Below, piece by piece: positions 53,601 to 64,000 of a stretch of DNA of 64,000 nt. This DNA is from Protoeuglena noctilucae (Eukaryota). The position numbers and the translations under genes were made by a program. Every line of letters begins with the position of its first letter. Position 1 is the stretch's first letter. The stretch is from the NCBI GenBank assembly GCA_958009085.1, contig OY253672.1:1-64000 (forward strand). Direction: 5' to 3'. The notes below the pieces were generated by a model that did not search any database, had not been told where the DNA came from, and worked only from the letters and a program-made list of their open reading frames with translations.

Positions 53601-56600
53601 GGCGGCGCTGGCCATCTCCGGGGGCACGCTGGCCGAGTACGCGTCCAAGTGCACGGAGGAGCTGATGAAGGTCGTGGCGCGCGTGCGGGGGCGGCTGACC
53701 AAGCTGGAGCGGCTCACGCTGTCGGCGCTCATCGTGCTCGACGTGCACGCGCGCGACGTGGTGCAGGAGCTGGCGCGGCAGGGGGTGCTGAGCGAGACGG
53801 AGTTCGAGTGGATCTCGCAGCTGCGGTACTTCTGGGAGGACGGCGACCTGACCGTGCGCATGATCAACGCGGCGCTCCAGTACGGCTACGAGTACCTGGG
53901 CAATTCCTCGCGGCTCGTCATCACGCCCCTCACCGATCGCTGCTACCGCACGCTGATGGGCGCCCTGCACCTCAACTTTGGGGGGGCGCCTGAGGGGCCG
54001 GCGGGCACGGGCAAGACGGAGACGGTGAAGGACCTGGCCAAGGCGATGGCGATGCAGTGCGTGGTGTTCAACTGCAGCGACCAGATGGAGTACCAGGCCA
54101 TGGGCAAGATGTTCAAGGGCCTGGCGTCCGCCGGGTCGTGGGCGTGCTTCGACGAGTTTAACCGGATCAACCCGGAGGTGCTGTCGGTGATCGCGCAGCA
54201 GATCCTGACGATCCAGCGCGCCAAGGCGCAGAAGAAGAAGATCTTCGACTTCGAGGGATCCAAGATCACCATCAAGCAGTCCTGCAACGTCTTCATCACC
54301 ATGAACCCCGGCTACGCGGGGCGGTCGGAGCTGCCGGACAACCTCAAGGCGCTGTTCCGCTCCGTGGCCATGATGGTGCCGGACTACGCCATGATCTCCG
54401 AGATTACGCTCTACTCGGCGGGGTACCAGCACGCCCGCGACCTGGCGCGCAAGCTGGTGGCCACGTACCGCCTCTGCTCAGAGCAACTGTCGTCGCAGAA
54501 ACACTACGACTACGGCATGCGCGCGGTCATGTCCGTGCTGCGCGCCGCCGCCGCCAACAAGCAGAAGCCGGAGCTGGCCGAGCTGACCGAGGACGTCCTC
54601 ATGCTGCGGTCCATCCAGGACGTCAACCTGCCCAAGTTCCTCGCCCCGGACATCCCCCTCTTCAACGGCATCCTCAGCGACCTCTTCCCGGGCGTCGAGC
54701 TCCCCTCCCCCGACTACGCCATGCTGTCGGACGCCGTGCGGCTGCACTGCGGGAGGCGCAACCTGCAGCCGACGGGGGTGTTCCTGGACAAGATCTTCCA
54801 GCTGTACGAGATGGTGCTGGTGCGCCACGGCCTCATGATCGTGGGGTACTCGTTCGGCGCCAAGACGAGCATGTACCAGGTGCTGGCGGCCGCGCTGGGC
54901 ACGCTTGAGGAGCGGGGGCAGCTGGGGGAGCACCGCGTCACGGCCCGGGTCATGAACCCCAAGGCCGTGTACATCGACCAGCTGTACGGCGCCGCGGACA
55001 AGGTCTCGCGGGAGTGGAAGAACGGCATCCTGGCCACCGAGTTCCGCAACGCCTACCATGCGGGGGTGGGGCCCGAGGCGGTGCCCGACCGGCAGTGGGT
55101 GGTGCTGGACGGCCCGGTGGACGCGGTGTGGATCGAGAACATGAACACGGTGCTCGACGACAACAAGAAGCTCTGCCTCAACTCGGGGGAGACCATCCCC
55201 ATGACGCCCCAGATGAACATGGTCTTTGAGGTGCAGGACCTCCTCCAGGCGTCCCCGGCCACCGTGTCCCGCTGCGGCATGGTCTACGTGGAGCCCTCCT
55301 CCATGGGGTGGAGGCCCCTCGTGGCCTCCTGGCTGGCTGCCGCCCCCGACGCCCTCCAGCCCCACGCCGGGCGGCTCAGGGACCTCCTCGAGTGGTTCGT
55401 GGACCCCTGCGTGGCCTTCGTGCGCCGCAACTGCGCCGAGCCCGTCGCCACCCTCGACATCTCCCTCCCCGTCTCCCTCCTCCGACTCTTCGACTCTTTG
55501 GCGACCATGTTCCGCCCCACCGCCCAGGGCCCCGCCCCCGTGGGTGCCAAGGAGGCTCCCAAGCTGGTCGACGGCCTCTTCCTCTTCGCGGCGGTGTGGG
55601 CGCTGGGCGGCACCGTCGACCTCGCGGGCCGCTCCGCCTTCAGCGCCTTCTTCCGCCGCCTGGCCGCGGCCGACGTGGACCCCTCCCCTGACCGCACCGA
55701 CTGCGACCTGGGGCCGGGGGTGACCGTGGCCTACCCCGCGGAGGTCAAGCTGGCCACGGCGCTGCCCGCGGAGGGACTGGTGTTCGACTTCGTGTTCGAC
55801 GCGGCCAAGGGCGCGTGGCGGCACTGGCTGGAGACGCACAAGGCGGAGCCCCCCCCCGAGTCGGCCACGTTCCACAGCCTGGTGATCCCGACGGTGGACA
55901 CAATCCGGTACTCGTTCCTCTTCGACACGCTCGTGCAGGCGGGGAAGCCCATCCTGCTCGTGGGCCCCACGGGGACGGGCAAGACCGTGTACGCCCAGTC
56001 GCGCCTGGGGGCGCTCGACCGGTCGCGGTTCGCCAGCATCCACACGGCCTTCTCGGCGCAGACGAACGCGAACCAGATCCAGGACATCATCGACAACAAG
56101 CTCAAGCAGCGCCGAAAGCACGTGCTCGGCCCCCCCATCGGGCAGCGGTGCGTGGTCTTTGTGGACGACCTCAACATGCCCACGCCCGAGGAGTTCGGGG
56201 CCCAGCCGCCCATCGAGCTGCTGCGTCAGTTCCTGGACCACAGCGGGTGGTTCAACCGCGCCGAGAACACCTTCGCGCAGCTGGTGGACGTGCAGCTGTG
56301 CACGGCCATGGGTCCGCCCGGTGGGGGCCGCAACGAGGTGACCCCCCGGTTCGTGCGGCACTTCAACGTGGTGTCGGTGACGGAGTTCGACGACGAGGCC
56401 TACTCGGCCATCTACAGCGCCATCGTGGACTGGTGGTTCCGGCGCTCGCGGGCGCCGGAGGAGGTGCGGGCCAAGGGGGCGGCGGTGGTGCGGGCGACGG
56501 TGGGGCTGTACAACACGGTGCGGCGGGAGCTGCTGCCGACGCCGGCCAAGAGCCACTACGTGTACAACATGCGCGACCTGAGCAAGGTCTTCCAGGGCAT

Positions 56601-59600
56601 GCAGATGTGCGGGGTGCCGGTGGCCGACGCCCGCGCCCTCACGCGCCTGTGGGTGCACGAGTGCCTGCGGGTCTTCCACGACCGCCTCATCAGCGACGAC
56701 GACCGCCTCTGGTTCTGTCAGCTGGTGCGCGACAGCGTCGACAACGTCCTCGGGCAGAAGTTCAACGCGGTGTTTGCGCGGCCGGACGGGGGCGCGCCGG
56801 AGCTGGCGGACCTGCGCCGGCTCATGTTCTGCGACTTCCAGGTCATGAACGCGGACCCGCAGCGCTACGACGAGGTGCACGACCTGGGCGCGCTGCTCAA
56901 GGTGGTGGAGGAGTACCTGGCGAGTTACAACGCCGAGCACAAGAGCGGCATGAACCTGGTGCTGTTCCAGTACGCGGCCGAGCACATCTGCCGCATCTCC
57001 CGCGTCATCAAGCAGCCGTACGGCAACTGCATGCTGGTGGGCGTGGGCGGGTCCGGCCGCCAGTCCCTGACGCGCATTGCGGCGTACATGGCCGAGTACG
57101 GACTGGAGTCGATCGAGATCTCCAAGTCGTACGGGCTGGGGGAGTGGCGGGAGGACCTGAAGCGCATCCTGGAGCAGGCGGGGGGGCAGGGCAAGCCCAC
57201 CGTGCTCATGCTGGCCGACACGCAGATCAAGTACGAGTCGTTTTTGGAGGACATCAACAACATCCTCAACACGGGCGAGGTGCCCAATTTATTCGCCAAG
57301 GACGAGCTGGCGATGATCACCGAGAAGGTCACCAAGCGCGCGCGGGCGGCCGGGCGCGGGCTGAGCATGGAGGAGCTGTACGCGTTCTTCGTGGAGCAGT
57401 GCCGCCAGAACCTGCACATGGTGCTGGCCATGTCGCCGGTGGGGGACGCCTTCCGCGTGAGGCTGAGGAAGTTCCCCTCCCTCGTCAACTGCTGCACCAT
57501 CAACTGGTTCCAGGCAAGTGGCAGGGGGGCAGGCGTGTGCGGGGGTATGGTGTGTAAGGGTGTGGTCATGACCTGAGCTAGGCGTGCTGGTTCCTTGTAC
57601 CACCCGAGCACCTCTGCTACCAAACTGAGCTGAACAATGAAACTGAGCCCTCATTACCCCCCCTGCTCATCCTCCCCCCAGGAGTGGCCGCGTGATGCCC
57701 TCAAGGCCGTGGCGCGTCAGTTCATGCGTGACGTGGACTTCGACACGGAGGCGGTGCGGGAGAGCGTGGAGGACATGTGCATGAGCATCCACGTCAGCGT
57801 GCGGCAGCTGGCGGACCGCTTCCAGGCCGAGCTGGGCCGGCACTACTACACCACGCCCACCTCGTACCTGGAGCTCATCAGCACCTACAAGCTCCTGCTG
57901 GCCCAGAAGCGCCTCAAGGTCTCCAAGCTGCAGACGCGGTACGAGATCGGCCTCGACAAGGTCATCCAGGCGGAGAGGGACGTGGGGGTCATGCAGCAGG
58001 AGCTGATCGACTTGGAGCCCAAGCTCAAGGCCACGACGCTGGAGGTGGAGCAGACGCTGAAGATCGTCAACACCGAGTCGCAGCAGGCGGAGAAGACGCG
58101 GCAGGCGGTCAAGGCGGACGAGGCAGTGGCCAGGTGACTGGGAGGGGTGACGTGGGATGGGGAGGGCCAGGGTCGATGATTGGGGGGCAAGCATGGGCTG
58201 CGATGCGCCGCTGCCACAGTGATGGCGCATCGAGGCACCACTAACACACTGCTACTGCTATCACTACTGCGCTACCACTGCCCCTCTGCACATTGCTGCC
58301 ACCGCCCCACTGCGCGTCGACCGGCCCTTCACCACCCCCACCCCCCACCCCCACCCCCGCAGTGAGAAGGCGGCCGCGAGCAAGGTGATCAAGGACGACT
58401 GCGAGGCGGAGCTGGCCAAGGCCATGCCCGCGCTCAACGCGGCCCTGCGCGAGGTGGAGAAGCTCACCCGCCAGGACATCCAGCAGGTCAAGGCGATGAA
58501 AAACCCGCCTCTGCCCGTCAAGATCGTGATGGAGACGGTCTGCCACCTGTTCAACCTCAAGCCCGTCAAGGTCAACGACCCCGACAACCCCGGGAAGAAG
58601 CGCGACGACTTCTGGCCCGTGTCGCTGCAGCTGGTGTCGCAGCTTGACTTCGTGAAGCAGCTGCAGGTGTTTGACCGCAACGCCATCGACGAGGTCATGA
58701 TCAAGCGCATCGAGCCGTACTTAGAGAGGGAAGAGTTCCAGCCCGAGGCGGTGAAGAAGTCCTCCACGGCCGCGTTTGGCATCTCCCAGTGGGTGCGCGC
58801 CATGCACACATACTACTACGTGAACCGGGACGTGGCGCCCAAGCGGGCGGCGCTGGAGCAGGCCGAGTCGGAGCTCAAGGAGGTGACGGACGCCCTCGCG
58901 GTGAAGAAGGCGGAGCTGCAGGCGGTCGAGGACAAGATCGCCGAGCTCAACGCGCTGCTCCAGCGCAACGTGGACGAGAAGGAGAGATTGGAAAAAGAGA
59001 TGGAGATGTGCTCGAAGAAGATCCAGCGGGCGGACAAGCTCATCTCGGGGCTGGGGGGGGAGAAGGCGCGGTGGGGGGAGGTGTGCGCCAAGCTGCGGCT
59101 GGACTTCGGCAACCTGACGGGCGACATCATGCTGTCCGCGGGGACGATCGCGTACCTGGGGGCGTTCACGAGCGAGTACCGGGCGAGCGCGTCCCGGGAG
59201 TGGGCGTCGCTGTGCAAGGCGGCCGGCATCCCCTGCAGCGAGCGCTTCTCGCTCGAGGCGGTGCTGGGGGACCCCGTGCGCATCCGGGCGTGGACGATCG
59301 ACGGCCTGCCAAACGACTCGTTCAGCATCGACAACGCCATCATGATGCACAACGCCAAGCGGTGGCCGCTGCTCATCGACCCCCAGGGGCAGGCCAACAA
59401 GTGGGTGCGCAGCATGGTGCGCGCCCGCAACCTCCACGTCATCAAGCTCACCGACCGCAACTTCGTGCGCACATTGGAGAACTGCATCCCGCTGGGCTTC
59501 CCGGTGCTGCTCGAGAACGTGGCCCAGGAGCTGGACCCCACGCTGGAGCCGCTGCTGCTGCGGTCGACGTACCGGGAGGGCAACTCGACGATGATCAAGC

Positions 59601-62600
59601 TGGGCGACAAGCCGATCGAGTGGTCCGAGTCCTTCCGCTTCTACATCACCACCAAGATGCGCAACCCGCACTACCTGCCCGAGATTGCCGTCAAGGTCAC
59701 GCTGCTCAACTTCATGATCACGCCCACGGGCCTGGAGGACCAGCTGCTGGGCATCGTGGTGCAGCGGGAGCGCCCGGACCTGCAGGAGGCGAAGGAGAAG
59801 CTGGTGCTGCAGAGCGCGGACAACGCGCGGCAGCTGAAGGAGATCGAGGACCAGATCATCGAGGTGCTGTCGAGCTCGGAGGGCAACATCCTGGAGGACG
59901 AGACGGCCATTAACATCATCACAGTGGCCAAGACCAAGAGCAACGAGATCAGCCGGCAGCAGGCGGAGGCCGAGCGCACGGAGCGGCAGATCGACGCGGC
60001 GCGGCAGGGGTACGCCCCCGTGGCCCGGCACACCAGCAGCCTCTTCTTCTGCGTCTCGGACCTCGCCTACATCGAGCCCATGTACCAGTACTCCCTCGTC
60101 TGGTTCATCGGTGAGGAATTGCAGAACATGTGCAGGCAATGGCTGTCGTGTGTGTGCACCTGGGTTGGCATGGACACTTGTGCATGTCCCTGACCCCAAC
60201 GCCACCCCCCCTTTCCCCCCTCCCCCCAGGTCTTTTCGAGGAGACGATCCGCAGCGCCGAGAAGCCCCGCAAGCAGAGCGAGGCCGAGGCGCTGCAGGCG
60301 CGCATCCGCTCCCTGACCGACCACTTCACCTACTCGCTCTACCGCATGGTGTGCCGGTCGCTGTTCGAGAAGGACAAGCTCCTCTTCTCCATGCTCCTGT
60401 GCGTGACGCTGGAGGACAAGATCCACGGGCGCATCGAAAAGGCCGAGTTCCGCTTCCTCCTCACGGGGGGGCTCAGCACCACGGAGCCGCCGCCCAACCC
60501 CCTCCCGTGGCTCCCGGGGAAGCAGTGGGGCGAGATTTACCGTCTTGGGGCAACCTCCGAGGTGAGGATGCATTGCCAGGCACCATTGGCTGCGGTACTA
60601 CATGCGATATACGATATACTGCCCATGCCACTGACCATCCGCCTGGCTCATCGCAAGACCTGCGATGGGGGATGCCCGCCCATGCATCTCACTACCCCCC
60701 CCCCCCCCCCCCCCCCCTTCAACCCCCCCCAGGCGTTCCATGGCTTTGCGGACCACGTCTCCCGCGACCCGGGGGTGTGGAAGTCCCTCTACGACGCCTC
60801 GGACCCCGTCTCCCAGGAGCTGCCCGCACCCTGGAACACGCGCCTGGACCGCTTCCAGCAGCTGCTGGCCCTGCGCACCATGCGCCCCGACAAGCTCACC
60901 TTCGCGGTGCGCGAGTACGTGCTGGGGGTGATGGGGGCCAAGTTCGTGGAGCCGCCGCCCTTCAACCTGGAGGCGTGCTTCCACGACTCCACGTCCCTCT
61001 CGCCCCTCATCTTCGTCCTCTCCCCCGGCGCCGACCCCATGACGCCCATCCTCAAGCTGGCCGAGCGCCTGGGCACGCGCGTGGAGTCCATCTCGCTGGG
61101 GCAGGGGCAGGGGCCGGCCGCGGAGAGGCTCATCGCCGCCGGGCGCGCCGAGGGCTTCTGGGTCGTGCTGCAGAACTGCCACCTGGCCGAGTCGTGGATG
61201 GCCACGCTGGAGCGGCTGTGCGAGCAGCTGTCCCCCGACGCCACCGACGCCCGCTTCCGCCTGTGGCTCACCTCGTACCCCTCGGAGTCCTTCCCCGTGG
61301 CGGTGCTGCAGAACGGCATCAAGATGACCTCGGACCCCCCCAAGGGCCTGCGCGCCAACCTGCTGCAGTCGTACCTCTCGGACCCCGTGTCGGAGCCGGA
61401 CTTCTTCCACGGATGCGAGAGGCCCAAGGTGATGGTGGGGGTGTTGGAAGTGGAAACCATGTATGGCAGTCAGTGTACTACACAGCAGCCACACTCTCCT
61501 CACAACACAGCACTCTTCTCACAGCATATCACACTTCTCACAACATATCAACACTTCTCATATCCCGCGCGTACCTGTTGCCCCGCAGGAGTTCAAGCGC
61601 CTGCTGTACGGCCTGTGCTTCTTCCACGCCGTCATCCAGGAGCGCCTCAAGTTCGGCCCCCTGGGGTGGAACGTGCAGTACCAGTTCAGCGTGCCGGACT
61701 TCATCATCAGCGCCCGCCAGCTGCAGATGTTCCTGAACGAGTACGCCGACGCGCTGCCCCTCAAGGTGCTCACGTACCTGACGGGCGAGTGCAACTACGG
61801 GGGCCGCGTGACGGACGCCAAGGACCGCCGCACCATGGCGTCGCTGCTGGCCATCTACTACAACGAGGCGGTGGCCACGGCGGAGGGGCACGCGCTGAGC
61901 CCGTCGGGGCGGTACGTGGTGCCCCCGGACGGCGAGCACGAGTCGTACTTGGCCTTCATCCGCGCGCTGCCCTTCACGGCTGAGCCCGAGGTCTTCGGCC
62001 TGCACGCCAACGCCGACATCACCAAGGACCAGCAGGAGACGGACCGGATGCTGGACAGCCTGCTGCGGACGCAGAGCCAGAGCACCGCGGGGGCGGGCAT
62101 GTCCAAGGAGCGGGTGCTGGAGGAGCTGGCGGCCGACATCCTCGCCCGGGTGCCGCAGCCCTTCGACGTGGAGGCGGCGCGGTGGCGGTACCCGGTGGAT
62201 TACCACGAGTCGATGAACACGGTGCTGACGCAGGAGCTGGTGCGGTTCAACTGGCTGCTGGAGGTGATCCACGCCACGCTGGCCGACCTGCGCAAGGCGC
62301 TCAAGGGGCTGGTGGTGATGAGCGGGGACCTGGAGGCCGTGGGCAACGCCATGTTCGACGGCAAGGTGCCCAAGGTGTGGAAGGACAAGTCCTACCCCAG
62401 CATCAAGCCCCTGGGGAGCTACGTGAACGACCTCTGCGAGCGCCTGGCCATGTTCCGGGGGTGGGTCGACGGCGGGGCGCCCGTGGTGTTCTGGATGTCG
62501 GGCTTCTTCTTCACGCACGCCTTCCTCACGGGCGTCAAGCAGAACTTCGCCCGCAAGGGGCGCGTGCCCATCGACACCGTGGCGTGGAACTTCCGGTGCC

Positions 62601-62947
62601 TGCCGCGGGGGGACCCGGACAAGCGCCCCGCGGACGGGGCGTACGTGACAGGGCTGTTCCTGGAGGGGGCGCGGTGGGATTACGGGGCCATGCGCCTGGA
62701 CGAGTCGGAGCCCAAGGTGCTCTTCTCGGCCGCTCCGCTGCTGCTGCTGCAGCCGGCCAGGGCCGACGAGGCGGACGACTACCCCCACTACGAGTGCCCG
62801 CTCTACGTCACCACCGAGCGCAAGGGCGTGCTGCAGACCACGGGGCACTCCAGCAACTTCGTCATGGACGTGCGCCTGCCATCCGACCAGGCACAGGATC
62901 ATTGGATTAGGCGCGGGGTGGCCTTGATGTTGTCACTGCCCGATTAG
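47667..62947 (+). CDS. Axonemal single-headed inner-arm dynein heavy chain (DNAH3/7/12-like motor), multi-exon; start approximate
   Basis: AAA1 GAPEGPAGTGKTETVKDL, WACFDEFNRI, NPGYAGRSELPDNLK; AAA2 GYSFGAKT; AAA3 GPTGTGKT; AAA4 GVGGSGRQSLT; stalk/MTBD; RWPLLIDPQGQANKW; WVVLQNCHL; C-terminal RKGVLQTTGHSSNFV...HWIRRGVAL, TAG stop. Confidence 0.96.
50859..50927. repeat. Intronic 11-bp minisatellite (ACACGCTTGCG), ~6 copies
   Basis: acacgcttgcg acacgcttgtt gcacgcttgcg acatgcttgcg acgtgcttgtg acacgcttgcg inside a dynein intron. Confidence 0.85.
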
Positions 62948-63147
62948 ATGGTCGTTGGAAGTGGACCCAGCGGCCGCGCGGCGTGAAGGACGCCAACGGG
63001 AGGTCCTGCGGTTCCCCTGGGTGCGCATCGTCTGTTTCTCTCCCTTTCGATAGCCCTTTTCCCATAACACCGTGCTTGTGATAGCGCTAGATAGATGGCA
63101 ACGTCTGAACGAACCAATCTATCTGCTGTAGGCCTCCCAGAGATGCG

Positions 63148-63898
63148 CTACGGCCGGTCGCCAGTGTCAGAATCCATAGAGGCCGAGACGTCCACGGACT
63201 CGAGCAGACTGGGGAGAGCACCCTGCGCCGGCAGCTGTCGTGGCGTCGACCCGCCGCTGCTGCGATTGAGGACGTCGAACGGATTGCGGCCACGGTTTTC
63301 GCACAGCTCCAGGAGGCGATGGAGGCTTGCAAGCGCCGCCTCGTTCCCGGCTGCGGCCGCCAGATGAAACGCAGAATTACAGGTTTGCCTGTCCGTTGAG
63401 CACAGGACGCTGCGCAGTGTCCTCGGGTCGGCATCACCCATGGGCTCGAGGAGGACCCGGCAGATGGCTGCATGCATTATGCGAAGGGTGCATATGGATT
63501 ACCTGCCCTCGTGCGAGCATTCACGTCAGCCAGCGCACTGTCTCACCATCGAAGAAGACGTTCCGGTCGGGGCCCAGAGCAATCGTGTAGTGCAGCACCG
63601 GCATCATGCCCACGTCGCTGTGCGCTCGCAGTGCTGCGCCGGCCTCCTGCCATTGGCCGGCGAGGCCGTCGATGGCCTTAATGAAGTCGGCGAGGTTCCT
63701 CCGCCTGACCAGGTCGCATAGTTTGTTCGCCGTCGCAGTGCCCTGTTGCTGTACCTTACGATGGTGGAGCGAACGGCGCACCATGCTCGTCACTACAGTC
63801 GCCGCTACGACAGCACCCGCGCCGATCAGGAAGGCCTTCAGCTTCGCGCCTCCGCGCTCGCCCCGCCGGGCACCACAGGAGTCCTCCGCACCCACCAT
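63148..63898 (-). CDS. Short TM-ankyrin protein (paralog C), two exons
   Basis: Hydrophobic AFLIGAGAVVAATVVTSMV, then MMPVLHYTIALGP. Phase-1 intron 63468-63546 gives FFD|AICRVLLEP, then CNSAFHLAAAAGNEAAL and NPFDVLNRSSGGSTPRQL. Confidence 0.75.
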
Positions 63899-64000
63899 TT
63901 CGAAACCACCTACGGGTCACATCACGTCAGATGTGACGGGCATGCGCGGACCCTGTCGACGGCGGTCCGAGCGAGGAAAGCAAATTCATCTGTCAAGTCG

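Noticed and set aside
63916..63937. 8-bp inverted repeat GTCACATC-n6-GATGTGAC just upstream of ankyrin paralog C
   Set aside because: A single short palindrome that I did not find upstream of the other paralogs; it could occur by chance.

Overview
Left end of a eukaryotic chromosome. A (CCCTAA)n/(TTAGGG)n telomere at 1-231 is followed by a very short subtelomere (about three degenerate ~745-bp repeats and a 5'-truncated beta-helix ORF). After that comes a compact, very GC-rich, intron-dense run of about 20 protein-coding genes. Gene content points to a flagellated green alga (plant-type GCN2 without a pseudokinase domain, organelle-targeted PPR protein, axonemal dynein); this is inference and the lineage is not determined. 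Recognisable genes: TRM61, GCN2, a PPR protein, NDC80, RPS14, a divergent CFAP20 paralog, a long coiled-coil protein with a 200-N gap, DCAF13/SOF1, three TM-ankyrin paralogs, a pseudokinase-RING fusion, NEPRO/DUF4477-like, MAM33-like, a ubiquitin-like protein, NDUFA5 and an inner-arm dynein heavy chain. Most notable signals: (1) about a dozen GC-AG introns; (2) an accessory-looking island at 33-41 kb with membrane-anchored ankyrin paralogs, a catalytically dead kinase spliced to an RBR-type RING finger, and an inverted ~300-bp duplicate of the kinase 3' end; (3) near-perfect strand alternation of genes; (4) G-rich/C-rich polarised introns. All exon-intron models were read by eye, so boundaries are approximate without RNA-seq.
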